A stretch of DNA of 64,000 nucleotides from Promethearchaeota archaeon (GCA_048938105.1 JBHLMN010000001.1:288001-352000), one strand, 5' to 3'. Shown: positions 1 to 10,199, counted from the first letter of the stretch. Notes: generated from the sequence alone by a model not told the origin. Numbers and translations are program-made.

Positions 1-1
1 G

Positions 2-1630
2 ATTAAACGGGTACGGGAGATGATAGAGCTTCCGATGAAACATCCTGAACTTTTTGAACGGTTAGGTATCGACCCTCCAAAAGGTGTTTTATTACATGGG
101 CCTCCAGGTACAGGTAAAACATTACTCGCCAAAGCAGTTGCAAATGAATCTGGAGTGAATTTTGTATCAATTGCTGGGCCTGAAATTATGTCGAAATTTT
201 ATGGGGAGAGTGAACAACGCATTCGTGAGATTTTTCAACAAGCTGAGAAAGAAGCCCCAAGTATCATTTTTATAGATGAATTAGATTCAATTGCAGTAAA
301 ACGGGAAGAAGTCACTGGAGAGGTAGAAAGACGAGTTGTTGCTCAATTATTGGCTTTAATGGATGGTTTAAAGAGTCGGGGTAAGGTTATAGTTATAGGA
401 GCTACAAACCGTCCAAACGCACTCGATCCAGCCTTGCGAAGACCTGGACGATTTGATAGAGAAATTGAAATTGGGGTTCCAGATAGAAATGGACGCTATG
501 AAGTCTTGCTAGTCCATACAAGAGGAATGCCCATTGATGAAGATGTCGATTTAGAAGAGTATGCAGCTAAAACGCATGGTTTTGTTGGAGCAGACATCGC
601 TGCTCTTACAAAAGAGGCTGCAATGCATACCCTTCGCAAAATATTACCAAAGATTGATTTTGATAAACCTCTTACACCAGAGATTCTTTCAAAACTCGTT
701 GTATCAAAGGAAAATTTTGATGAAGCACTTAAGATCACAGAACCCTCAGCTATGCGCGAAGTGCTGTTGGAAATTCCAAATGTCCACTGGAAAGATGTTG
801 GAGGTCTTGAAAGGGTAAAACAACAACTTATTGAAGCTGTAGAATGGCCTATTGCTCACCCTGAGATGTTTAAACGCCATGGTATTACCCCTCCTCATGG
901 AATTCTTCTTTATGGTCCACCTGGGACTGGAAAGACCCTCTTAGCTAAAGCTGTTGCTACTGAAAGTCAAGCGAATTTCATTGCAATTCGGGGGCCTGAG
1001 CTTTTATCCAAATGGGTTGGGGAAAGTGAAAAAGCTGTTCGTGAAGTTTTTAGGAAAGCGAAGCAAGCAGCTCCTTCTATCATTTTTTTAGACGAACTTG
1101 ATGCTATTGCTCCACGTCGAGGAGTATTTACTGGTGGTAGTCATGTCACGGAGAGCGTTGTGAACCAAATATTATCATTACTAGATGGGTTAGAGAGTCT
1201 TCGCGATGTTGTGGTATTGGGTGCAAGTAATCGGCCAGATATGATTGATCCAGCTCTTTTAAGACCAGGGAGATTTGATCGATTACTATTAGTGAAACCT
1301 CCTGATACTAAATCTCGAGAAAAAATACTACAAATCCATACAAGTGGAATGAAGCTAGCATCAGATGTTGACCTTCCTCAACTTGCTAGTGACCTGGAGG
1401 GTTATGTAGGAGCAGATATAGCAACAATCTGTCGTGAAGCTGTTATGATTGGTCTCCGTGAAGATTTGAACACGGAATTAATCGAACGACGTCATTTTCT
1501 TGAAGCGAAAAAAGCAATCCATCCTAGTATCAATGACAAAATTATCAAGGAGTTTGAAGAATTAGAACGTAAACTTTTAGGTAAATCAGAAATTGGACGA
1601 GATTTATTAGGATTAAAAGATTACCTTTAG
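2..1630 (+). CDS. cdc48: CDC48/VCP-family AAA+ ATPase, 5'-truncated (N-domain lies upstream of the window)
   Basis: Two AAA modules (GPPGTGKT twice, IIFIDE/IIFLDE Walker [19 protein letters not shown]). The frame is open back to the window edge ([11 protein letters not shown]). C-terminal KDYL keeps the penultimate Tyr of the HbYX-type proteasome-binding tail. Confidence 0.95.
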   Translation: MKRVREMIELPMKHPELFERLGIDPPKGVLLHGPPGTGKTLLAKAVANESGVNFVSIAGPEIMSKFYGESEQRIREIFQQAEKEAPSIIFIDELDSIAVKREEVTGEVERRVVAQLLALMDGLKSRGKVIVIGATNRPNALDPALRRPGRFDREIEIGVPDRNGRYEVLLVHTRGMPIDEDVDLEEYAAKTHGFVGADIAALTKEAAMHTLRKILPKIDFDKPLTPEILSKLVVSKENFDEALKITEPSAMREVLLEIPNVHWKDVGGLERVKQQLIEAVEWPIAHPEMFKRHGITPPHGILLYGPPGTGKTLLAKAVATESQANFIAIRGPELLSKWVGESEKAVREVFRKAKQAAPSIIFLDELDAIAPRRGVFTGGSHVTESVVNQILSLLDGLESLRDVVVLGASNRPDMIDPALLRPGRFDRLLLVKPPDTKSREKILQIHTSGMKLASDVDLPQLASDLEGYVGADIATICREAVMIGLREDLNTELIERRHFLEAKKAIHPSINDKIIKEFEELERKLLGKSEIGRDLLGLKDYL

Positions 1631-1683
1631 CATACTTTGTGCATTGAAGTAATGAAACTTTTGTATGATGATTATGAAGATCT

Positions 1684-2619
1684 TTAAACATCAATTTTCT
1701 GTCTATAGATATCTAAAGGCCATTGTTTCTCCATTAATTTTAGTAGTACACGAGAATCAAATTGATTAATCTCAATCGAAGCTGAAGCTGTTTTCATTAA
1801 TCGTTCAGCAATCAATTTAGATCGTACAACAGAATCGGAGTACCCAATTATAAGTCCAGTTACTAAAGGATGGGTTTTCACGATAACAAGCTGGAGATCG
1901 GAAGCTGTTATTACCTCCATTCCCGTCGGATTTTTTGACAATTCTTTCACTGTTTCACTAATACCCATATTCAGTTGATCCAGTATTGAAGGGTCGATAT
2001 TGGTGAATTTTGTAGTATAGATCTGGTGTGTTTCGAGATCAATTAAAATAACAACACGGACTTTGCATTTAAATGTAGATTCAACACCAGATAAGACATC
2101 GGCTATCCAATCAAAAGCATCGTAAAAATTCTCTCCAGTTTTTGCTGACACCCGAAACAATCCTACAGGTCTATCTGATCTTTGTGCACGAGGTAGATCA
2201 AGATCACGTACTATCAAATCGAAAGCTCGTGCTCCCTCTAGGTCGATTTTATTAGCGATAAAAAGGACTGGAGCTTTCTCATTCCGTTGGATTGAATCCC
2301 AAAAAGCCTCTGATGCTTCTGCAATACGAATATCAGCACTATCAAGTACAAAAACGATTGCCGATGCTTTTACTAAAGAATCATGCCATAGAAGGTTACG
2401 GTAGATCTCTTGTCCACCTAAATCGACCAGGTTAAACTCAATTTGGCGATATCTTACAGTTCGATAGTTGACGCCAAGAGTTCGGGTCGTAGGGACAAAT
2501 TCTGAACGTAAAAGTCTATTAACGATTGTGGTTTTACCAGCACCATCGAGACCAATAACAGTAATCTCATATTTCTCGACTTTTTTTCCTTTGAAAATTC
2601 TTCGTAGTATGCTCGACAC
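1684..2619 (-). CDS. Arf-family small GTPase with C-terminal longin/roadblock-like domain
   Basis: GLDGAGKTT, TRTLGVN, DLGGQ, NKID, SAK motifs; Arf-like amphipathic N-terminus (SILRRIFKG); about 130 extra C-terminal residues with a longin-like beta-beta-alpha-beta pattern. Confidence 0.85.
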   Translation of the reverse strand: MSSILRRIFKGKKVEKYEITVIGLDGAGKTTIVNRLLRSEFVPTTRTLGVNYRTVRYRQIEFNLVDLGGQEIYRNLLWHDSLVKASAIVFVLDSADIRIAEASEAFWDSIQRNEKAPVLFIANKIDLEGARAFDLIVRDLDLPRAQRSDRPVGLFRVSAKTGENFYDAFDWIADVLSGVESTFKCKVRVVILIDLETHQIYTTKFTNIDPSILDQLNMGISETVKELSKNPTGMEVITASDLQLVIVKTHPLVTGLIIGYSDSVVRSKLIAERLMKTASASIEINQFDSRVLLKLMEKQWPLDIYRQKIDV

Positions 2620-3052
2620 TGATAACCACGATCACAATAGATTAGTCAATGCTTCCAAAAAAAATTAATGAGTCTTTTGTAAATAAGTTTTCTATTTGCA
2701 CTCATAAATCTTTACAAATCTTTCTCAAGAATGGCTAGAAATTCTGAGTATTGAGTACTAGAAGATATTATTAAAGCTTATTTCTTTATTCAAAAAAAGA
2801 GACGACATTTTAGTAGAAATTCCTGATCTGTTCAAGTGAAATTGTTTTTTTATTATTAAACTGTATTATTCCTTCTTAGAATTGGAAGTTCTCATACATA
2901 TTTTAGTTTCTTTCAAAGACTCACATTTTTTCTAGTAGACTCCAAACTATGATAAACTAATCAAGCTTCGCTTTAAAGTAATAATAGAAATATTAAGAAA
3001 ATTCAAAATTGTTTCTTAGGCTGCTAAGAGATTTTAAAGGTGAGAAATTTTT

Positions 3053-4000
3053 TTGAAAGGAAATTTTACAGAAACTCCAGAGTTTCGTGAACTAAAAACT
3101 ACAATGAGGAAAATTAAAAACTTAACCATTCAAGGTGCTACAAGTGTCGCCATTTTTGGGGTTGGTGCTTTTGCAAAACATGCAAAAACCGTTCCACTAA
3201 AAGGAGAAGAATTATTTAAGCATTTAGAGGCTGTTGTTAACCAACTTAGCAGTGTAAGAGTTACAGAGCCAGCATTAAGAAATGGATTACGATATGTCAT
3301 GACAGGGATTCGGCTAGACGGAAAAGAAACAGCTGATGTTCATGGGAAGAGATATATTGATTTAATAAATGAAGCAAAGCAAAAAATCTTTAAAACTGGG
3401 GCAGAGCGAATCCAAGATGGTTCACGAGTCTTCACCCACTGCCACTCGTCTATTACTGTAGGGATATTTCTTGAAGCGGCTAATCAAGGGAAGGATTTTG
3501 AAGTAATTAATACTGAGACTAGACCTCTCTATCAAGGAAGGAAGACGGCGAAAAGATTATTGGAGAATAATATTCGCGTTACCCATATTGTAGATTCAGC
3601 AATGCGATGGGCAATGAATGTTTACAAGCCTCACATGATTTTCATGGGAGCAGACGCAATTACTGTTGAAGGAGTCGCTTTAAATAAGATCGGTTCCCGT
3701 CTTTGTGCTCTCGCGTCAGAAGAAGAACATGTTCCCCTATACATTTGTACTTCTCTTTTAAAATATGATCAAGCTACAAGTATCGGCCGACTTAGTGAGA
3801 TCGAAATGCGCGCTCCTTTTGAAATATGGGATGATGATGTTCCTCCAGGAATTAGGGTCGTTAATCCTGCTTTCGAAACCATTGACCGACATAATATTTC
3901 TGCATACATTACTGAAGCAGGTTTAATCCCTCCTCAAACCATTCATATGACTTTTCAACATCTTTATGGTAAAAAAATCCAATATTACCATCATTTATAG
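3053..4000 (+). CDS. Ribose-1,5-bisphosphate isomerase (eIF-2B alpha-like family)
   Basis: IQGA, THCHS (catalytic Cys), ETRPLYQG, MGAD (catalytic Asp), NKIGS, NPAFE motifs. Confidence 0.88.
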   Translation: MKGNFTETPEFRELKTTMRKIKNLTIQGATSVAIFGVGAFAKHAKTVPLKGEELFKHLEAVVNQLSSVRVTEPALRNGLRYVMTGIRLDGKETADVHGKRYIDLINEAKQKIFKTGAERIQDGSRVFTHCHSSITVGIFLEAANQGKDFEVINTETRPLYQGRKTAKRLLENNIRVTHIVDSAMRWAMNVYKPHMIFMGADAITVEGVALNKIGSRLCALASEEEHVPLYICTSLLKYDQATSIGRLSEIEMRAPFEIWDDDVPPGIRVVNPAFETIDRHNISAYITEAGLIPPQTIHMTFQHLYGKKIQYYHHL

Positions 4001-4051
4001 TGTGGAAATTACATTACTTCATCAAAAAGGTTCAATTGAATTATTTGAGAA

Positions 4052-4408
4052 TTAACGAATATCAGGCCCGTCACCTAGATAATATACATCATCCTCCACA
4101 AATCCTATTTTCTCAAGTTCATCACGTACGCTTCTCAGGATGAGTTGCTCTTCATTTTCATCGTCTTCATACGGCCAAATCGTGAATCCAACGATAATTT
4201 CGCTTTGATGAGTTTCATCATCAAAAGTATCTAATTCAACAAAAAACCCACGAGCGGTTCCCGCATATTCTCTTTCAAGAGTATGACTCAATTCGACTAG
4301 GTTTGCATCAGCAGATTCGAAAGTCATTTGTTCCTCTCCTTCCCGAAAAAGACCGCTGAACACGTAATATCGCGTAATCGCAGCAGTTAGAGACTCACGA
4401 AAAACCAT
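4052..4408 (-). CDS. Hypothetical acidic protein
   Basis: 118-aa ATG ORF, co-oriented with upstream genes; no recognised motif. Confidence 0.7.
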   Translation of the reverse strand: MVFRESLTAAITRYYVFSGLFREGEEQMTFESADANLVELSHTLEREYAGTARGFFVELDTFDDETHQSEIIVGFTIWPYEDDENEEQLILRSVRDELEKIGFVEDDVYYLGDGPDIR

Positions 4409-4537
4409 GAAAATTCACAGCCTCATTAATGATGCTTTTCTAGAAATTCATTCTGATAATTCTCTTATTTTTCAGTGTAATGTCAATTAGCAAGAGATTT
4501 TTTTCTTTTTCTTTTCGATAATGACAAAAAGTTTGCT

Positions 4538-5806
4538 CTAAAAATAATCATCTAATGTTTTTCGATACAAGATAGGGCTTTGATGGTAATAATATCGCAT
4601 TGGAGTTGTTAAATGTTTACCAATAAATCTGAGGGCTTGATGCAAATCGTTAAAACACTGATAGGGATTATTAACTGCCTTACGCATGTTTTCTCGGACT
4701 TGCCAGACTCCTAAAGGAATCGCGTATCCTTTTCCAACCTCTCGAAAAGCAACCACTGCGGCTTTTCGTCTCATCTGTACAAGTTTTTCTTGTACAGCTA
4801 ATCTAGCAGCATAATAACCTCCAACTGTATTAGTTGCGTAAGTTTTTCGTCCATTTGGGCCTTCAGTATCCGTTGAAATTCCTGGAGTATAACCAGAAAT
4901 ATTCCAAGCACTCTTCTTTTTCCATGTTTCATGATAATCAAAGTGCCACTCACGTCCAGGAATAAATAATACCCAGAAATCATTATCTAGGTAAGAATTG
5001 TGAAAAACCATAAAATCCTGAATTTCAGGATAGTCCTGAATTTTCCTTCTGAGATAGTTTCCAGTCATATCGTCAACAGCTGTGATACTCCACCTTGTAG
5101 GTACGAACCTCCGATTTTTAGTCTCACCTAACAAACCAGCAGATAGTATTCTTGATATTTGAGTAACTGTTGCCTCTGTTCTATATAGTTCTGTAACTGC
5201 AGAAACAGCTTTCAAATCAGAATCACTCACAATACGTTCTACTTGATGATCAACTTTAGGAGTAGATGCTAGATGTATTGAATCAATATGAACTCGAGCG
5301 CCCATGGGCTGAGTGAAACGATTGAAACTTAGATCGAGTCGAGGTTTTTTAGAGAACTTTACTTCCAGATCAACAGGAGAAGAAGATTGGATCTGTTCCT
5401 GTGTGATTTCAAGGATTTTTGTGGATGATGTAACATCTGTAACTTGGACTGGTTCAGCCATAAAACGAAATAATTTAGCTCGGAGATGAACAATATCTTC
5501 TAATGACATATTTGTCTGCCAAATATCAGGTTCATCGACTACTTGAATATTCTCCCAATTCAATGCTGCCATTGGACCTAACCTGACCTTTGGATATCCA
5601 AATCTACCAACAAACAGGCTTGGTGGGCTAGGCCCATAGTATTCATCTTTTAACTTAGGTAAAATCTTTCTAACTGGTAATAAAGCCTTTGTTTTTAGAA
5701 TAATGGGACAATAGGAAAGACCACACAAAAATTTCCCACCTTTACAGCGTAAACAGAGGTTTTGGTTGGTGGGTATTCGAACCATGATTTCACTCACTGA
5801 TAACAT
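4538..5806 (-). CDS. nreA: Nre-family PCNA-interacting DNA repair protein
   Basis: N-terminal CLRCKG..CG...CP, SPPSLFVGRFGYPKV, RFVPTRWSITAVD, GGYYAARL, PLGVWQVRE; C-terminal PIP-like KTLDDYF. Confidence 0.92.
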   Translation of the reverse strand: MLSVSEIMVRIPTNQNLCLRCKGGKFLCGLSYCPIILKTKALLPVRKILPKLKDEYYGPSPPSLFVGRFGYPKVRLGPMAALNWENIQVVDEPDIWQTNMSLEDIVHLRAKLFRFMAEPVQVTDVTSSTKILEITQEQIQSSSPVDLEVKFSKKPRLDLSFNRFTQPMGARVHIDSIHLASTPKVDHQVERIVSDSDLKAVSAVTELYRTEATVTQISRILSAGLLGETKNRRFVPTRWSITAVDDMTGNYLRRKIQDYPEIQDFMVFHNSYLDNDFWVLFIPGREWHFDYHETWKKKSAWNISGYTPGISTDTEGPNGRKTYATNTVGGYYAARLAVQEKLVQMRRKAAVVAFREVGKGYAIPLGVWQVRENMRKAVNNPYQCFNDLHQALRFIGKHLTTPMRYYYHQSPILYRKTLDDYF

Positions 5807-5845
5807 TCTTTGGGATAATTACTCTTCAGACAGATAGTATTAGGT

Positions 5846-7231
5846 CTAAAGAGTTTTTTGAATTGGTTTTGAGGAATGAATAACATTTACATTTTTATAA
5901 TTTCCTTTTTGACCAATAACCAAAGTCCCATATACTCCATCGAACCCGTAAGGATGAAAAGTGAAATTACCTTCTTTGACCTTAAGAATTGCGTTAATTA
6001 TAGATGACTTTATATGGCTACTAAGTCTTGCTTTTACTTCTTCAGAAGAAAGTTGCCAAATCATCCGTTCAGGGCCTATATGAGTTGTAATTTGTTGGTA
6101 CTGACTAATTAGAGACTTTGATGTCTTAGTTTTTATATTTAAGACATGACTTAAAATGTCTATTAATGGTACCATACGAATGAATTTTTTTAAGGATTTT
6201 ACTTCCCCAAGTACTCTTTTTGTATCTTGTGCACGACTAATCTCAACGCACCTCTGAAAAACTCCAATTGTAAGGGATTTTTTGCAAATAGGACAAATAT
6301 CATGAGAAGGTACGTTTTGAGGAGAGAAATAACAATACTCATCATCTCCATGTGTTCCAGGGCGTTTTCTTCCTGCCCGATGGCCTGTTAAAAAAAATCT
6401 TCCCTCTTCTGGGGGAAATTCAACGGTATATAATACTTGATTATTGCGTAAAGCCGAAAGAATGCTTTGATAATTTATTTTTGATACAGAAAGAACAGTG
6501 AATTCACGGCCCATCCGATGCAAAGCACTTGAGTGAGCATCTGAATTTGATATTAATGTTCTGTTGTCTAATTCAGGAATTAGAGACAGAAATTCGGGAT
6601 CGGCGGACAAACCAGTCTCAAAAACACGCAATCTTGAAGTAGCTGATGCGAAAAAATCTGCTAAATGGTTAATACGAATATTGCCTTTACCAGATCCGAA
6701 AACTCCTTGGGGTGTCATGATATGAGCTGGAATAGCCTCAATCCAAGGATCTAAATCTAAAATGGAGTGAAGGCGTTCTGCAACTTGCATTGAAGATTGG
6801 CACAAGATAAAAGGTCTTGCCATTTTTTGATGTTTTACTCCCCATTTATCCAAAAGTGCTCTAAATGTTTCTACTAAGGAAAAATTCGGAAATAGAAAGA
6901 TAATATGAGTTTCTTTTGAATATTTTCCTATTTTTGCATTGAAAATCATCTCTGTCTGTAAAATGAAGCGAGTTTGATAATTATTTTGGAGAAAAAATAC
7001 TCCATTCGCATCTTCAATAAAAGATTCCTTGAGAATATCAGTCCACATTGTGAATTGACAGTCTCCTGTCCCAATCAGATCAATTCCTTTTAATGGCATT
7101 GTCTGATTTGTTTTTACCAAATATGAAATAGCTTTTTTCCGATTGTTAACCATTTCTTCTGGTCTAATTCCAAGGCTTTGAGTTCCACCTGCAAAAACAG
7201 AATGAGCGTGTAGATCTACCGCTACTTCCAA
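5846..7231 (-). CDS. Endonuclease Q-family PHP-domain protein
   Basis: DLHAHS, KGIDLIGTGD, IPAHIMTP, ETGLSAD, SNSDAHS, GREFT, CPIC zinc site, GFDGVYG; TTG start with GAGGAG SD. Confidence 0.88.
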   Translation of the reverse strand: MEVAVDLHAHSVFAGGTQSLGIRPEEMVNNRKKAISYLVKTNQTMPLKGIDLIGTGDCQFTMWTDILKESFIEDANGVFFLQNNYQTRFILQTEMIFNAKIGKYSKETHIIFLFPNFSLVETFRALLDKWGVKHQKMARPFILCQSSMQVAERLHSILDLDPWIEAIPAHIMTPQGVFGSGKGNIRINHLADFFASATSRLRVFETGLSADPEFLSLIPELDNRTLISNSDAHSSALHRMGREFTVLSVSKINYQSILSALRNNQVLYTVEFPPEEGRFFLTGHRAGRKRPGTHGDDEYCYFSPQNVPSHDICPICKKSLTIGVFQRCVEISRAQDTKRVLGEVKSLKKFIRMVPLIDILSHVLNIKTKTSKSLISQYQQITTHIGPERMIWQLSSEEVKARLSSHIKSSIINAILKVKEGNFTFHPYGFDGVYGTLVIGQKGNYKNVNVIHSSKPIQKTL

Positions 7232-7243
7232 TAAATGTTCTCC

Positions 7244-8593
7244 TCAATATATGTCAAGTTTAGTATGGATATTATTACTATTCTTAGGATTAGGTTTTAC
7301 TTGATATTCTAATACCTGTTCACTAACTAATTTCAATAGACCTACTCCTTTAGTAGAATCACCAACCATGAAGAGGGAAGTATCCTTTGTGTTATTAGTT
7401 GCCCACCTCAAGGCAATAGAGTTTGATCCATGTTGAGACAAAACCATCTGTATCAAATCAGTACGAAACAATCGTGCGCTAATATTGTTAATAGCTATGA
7501 AGATCTGACAGATAAAGGCATGTTTTCTCGCTACATGTGTAGCATTAGTACGAAGGGTTTCAACTTTATCTGTACTACACCGTAAGAGGGACACATCCGT
7601 GATAATTGGTTTAAAGCTTTCGAGTAATTCGAAACTTTTATCTAAGAATTGATTTTGAGGATATAGCTTGCTTTCATCCTTTATTGATAATGAATACCTT
7701 GAAATGTATGGTTGATAGTCATCAGAGCTTTGGACATTCATATGCCATAGAATTTCCCGAAAGTTTCTGAATAAGCTCCCGAGACGCCCCTTGCCTGAAC
7801 TGAAAGCAAAGACAAAGTTATTTCGAATACATGTCAAATAGAATTGTTGATTATCGTAAGTTTTTCCGTGAATTTCGATGGGAAGCGCGTCAAAGAAGGT
7901 TCCAAAGGTTTTTAGCTCACGTTCATAATCTTGTAATAGTACAGGGATTTTATTCACTAAAGAAATTATATCTGGAGATAAAATTATGTTATGAACAGCT
8001 CGGATGGTACCATCTGAAACTAAGACTGTCTCTGTATCGGTACAGATTTCACTTATTCGATTTTGAAGTGTATGATCAATTTTAGTTAATAGGATTTTCT
8101 TAATGTTACTGAACACTTTACTTAAGGAATAGGTTTCTTGGTTACTGTTTTTTTGAAATTTTATTTCTCGAATAGCATCTTGAAGAACATTTGAGAAAGC
8201 AAGAGAATGCTGTAATAATTTGTCTTGATGAAAACGTGGGATAAATAACATGAAACTTTCAATTCGATTTTTTCCTCTGGCTTCAGGATCTTCAATCGTG
8301 AATGAGTGAATTAATACACGGCCTTGGATGCCTGTAACATTAATTGGTATGATTGCTGTTTCAGGTTCTCCTGTTGGTTCACCCACACCAATTGCCATCG
8401 TAAATAATGTGGTTGTGACACCCTGAAGAATTATTTTCGGGATTTCTAATCCATGAGTCAGATAAGACTTTAAAATTGGGCCATGTTCTTCATCAAAAAC
8501 AATATGGGCCAAAAAAAATTGAATAGGCCTATCTTCTGACGTTTCCAAAGTTCCCATGATTTTAGGGCTCACCTTTTGCTTACTGAAACTCAA
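7244..8593 (-). CDS. Folliculin/SMCR8-like uDENN-longin domain fused to two roadblock-like domains
   Basis: HIVFDEEHGPIL (uDENN beta-hairpin) and HSFTIEDPEARGKNR (folliculin-type DxxARG); the C-terminal half has two segments ending in roadblock-type helices (GRLGSLFRNF, KGVGLLKLVS). Confidence 0.7.
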   Translation of the reverse strand: MSFSKQKVSPKIMGTLETSEDRPIQFFLAHIVFDEEHGPILKSYLTHGLEIPKIILQGVTTTLFTMAIGVGEPTGEPETAIIPINVTGIQGRVLIHSFTIEDPEARGKNRIESFMLFIPRFHQDKLLQHSLAFSNVLQDAIREIKFQKNSNQETYSLSKVFSNIKKILLTKIDHTLQNRISEICTDTETVLVSDGTIRAVHNIILSPDIISLVNKIPVLLQDYERELKTFGTFFDALPIEIHGKTYDNQQFYLTCIRNNFVFAFSSGKGRLGSLFRNFREILWHMNVQSSDDYQPYISRYSLSIKDESKLYPQNQFLDKSFELLESFKPIITDVSLLRCSTDKVETLRTNATHVARKHAFICQIFIAINNISARLFRTDLIQMVLSQHGSNSIALRWATNNTKDTSLFMVGDSTKGVGLLKLVSEQVLEYQVKPNPKNSNNIHTKLDIY

Positions 8594-8837
8594 TCGAAAA
8601 GTGTTCTCAATTTTTGGTTGAAATTAATCTTTATGAACAATCTTCCTATATTCTCAATTAAGTGTTTTTAATTAGTTATACGAAAATATTGCTTGTTTTG
8701 TTGGATTAAAGGAAAAAATAATTCTAAAATGCCACAACAGGGTTTAACAGATAATAAAAATATAAAATCTTAATAGATTTATGTCTATAGGACTTATAAA
8801 TTGATAAAAGAAATTTTAGATAAGGAGAATTATTGAT

Positions 8838-9143
8838 TTAAGATTTTGATTCTTTTTTCTTAATTAAATCTTTTATTTCCTCCCATTCTTTCTCTTGTTT
8901 TGATTTTTTCGTAAGCTGGTCATTTACTCCTAAAATATTTAACACCCATTGACGTTCTTTCTCACGTTTTTGTAATCTTTTCTTCTGGCGATGTTCTGCT
9001 GCATTGATCCAAGTCTCTAATGCAGCTTCTTGTATTCCACATTTAATACAGACATACAATTTTTCCTCGGGGTTCCAAAACAGAGTTCCCTTCTTGCAAT
9101 TAGGACAAGGAATTCTTGAATCACGAACAGGAGGCTTAGACAT
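8838..9143 (-). CDS. Small zinc-ribbon protein with basic helical tail
   Basis: CPNC...CIKC; starts 6 bp after the roadblock gene stop. Confidence 0.75.
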   Translation of the reverse strand: MSKPPVRDSRIPCPNCKKGTLFWNPEEKLYVCIKCGIQEAALETWINAAEHRQKKRLQKREKERQWVLNILGVNDQLTKKSKQEKEWEEIKDLIKKKESKS

Positions 9144-9149
9144 AACTAC

Positions 9150-9644
9150 TTACTTCTCCATTGTTAATATCTTATCTAATTCTTTCTGAGTAATAGATAA
9201 GGATGAGATTTGTGATTGGGAACGCTTTGAAGGAGGCCATTGTTGTATTATCTTCAAAATTGAATCAATAGCTGGCCCAATAATTAATTTCAAGAGCTCG
9301 AGATCCACATAAGGATCAGTCAATACGCCTAAGAAAGCAATACGCCCTATTGCTCGTAAGAATAATTTAAAATTACTGCTTTCAGCGGTGAAAGAAACCC
9401 AAGGGGAGCTACCAATTTCTTGACCAATGGTATCCATATTGGATTGAATTCCAGCTACCAAAGAACAAAGGATAAGGCTGCTTTCCTTACCTAATGTGCC
9501 TTCCAAATTCACTTCTTCAATTAGAAGTCCATCTGTATCAACACAGAAACCTGAATAAATACCATCCAGAGAGCTCACGATGTCAGTTAATATTTGTGGA
9601 AGTCCAGTTTTGAATTGATTTGTATTATCATTGGGAAAGGACAA
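9150..9644 (-). CDS. Roadblock/LC7 (MglB-like) protein
   Basis: GIYSGFCVDTDGLLI, central helix, LFLRAIGRIAFLGVL, DLELLKL pattern. Confidence 0.85.
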   Translation of the reverse strand: MSFPNDNTNQFKTGLPQILTDIVSSLDGIYSGFCVDTDGLLIEEVNLEGTLGKESSLILCSLVAGIQSNMDTIGQEIGSSPWVSFTAESSNFKLFLRAIGRIAFLGVLTDPYVDLELLKLIIGPAIDSILKIIQQWPPSKRSQSQISSLSITQKELDKILTMEK

Positions 9645-9864
9645 GGAAAATCAACCAGATCTTAGTTAAATCCTTAGAAAAAACCCCATAATTGGCTAAG
9701 AGGAGACTGTCATTATCCTATATTTGAATCTATTTAATCTTTCTCACATTTCTATACATTTGGTTATAGACCATTTTATGTATACAGTTTAAGTAAAGCT
9801 GGAAGCCCTCTATAAAAGATGTGAATAGCTTGCAGAGAAACCTCTTCATTAACACGGGGCGAGC

Positions 9865-9872
9865 TTTATAAA
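9865..9872 (+). promoter_or_regulatory. TATA box of SRP RNA gene
   Basis: TTTATAAA, starting about 28 nt upstream of the 5' end of the SRP RNA terminal helix. Confidence 0.7.
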
Positions 9873-9892
9873 GGCACATAAGAGTAACTACA

Positions 9893-10199
9893 TGGAACAG
9901 TAGGCGGCTGAGGATAGCGGCTCAGCTAAATCGTAACGCTATATGACGAGCTTAATCCCAGAACTGAGATGCCAAAGCCTAGTAAGGCTCCTTGGTTTGT
10001 GCGATGAGAGATCCTCCGACTAGGTGGCCTCTAGCTGAGATTCCTCTGGAGAGAGGAATAAGAAGGCGAGGTTAAACTGGGTCAGGCATGGGAATGAACA
10101 GCCCTAAGACCGAGAGGTTATGCTTTTCGGGCTCGGGTCTTAAGTACGGCTAAGTTCAACCGAGCTAGAGTGGAAGCCCCGAGGTTCTGGTCTGTTCCA
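9893..10199 (+). ncRNA. ffs: Archaeal SRP (7S) RNA
   Basis: GC-rich ORF-free island. Terminal helix TGGAACAG/CTGTTCCA; Alu CGTAAC motif; helix 6 ATTCCTCT-GGAG-AGAGGAAT; helix 8 GGGT-CAGG-CAT-GGGA-ATG-AACA-GCCC; long helix 5 can be paired; about 307 nt. Confidence 0.9.

Noticed and set aside
3053-4000. Translation factor eIF-2B subunit call
   Set aside because: The THCHS Cys and GAD Asp catalytic pair indicates ribose-1,5-bisphosphate isomerase
10105-10142. Apparent extra hairpin TAAGACCGAG...CTCGGGTCTTA inside the SRP RNA
   Set aside because: The same bases are needed for the base of helix 8 and the 3' strand of helix 5, which pair in the canonical fold; an alternative pairing, not an insertion
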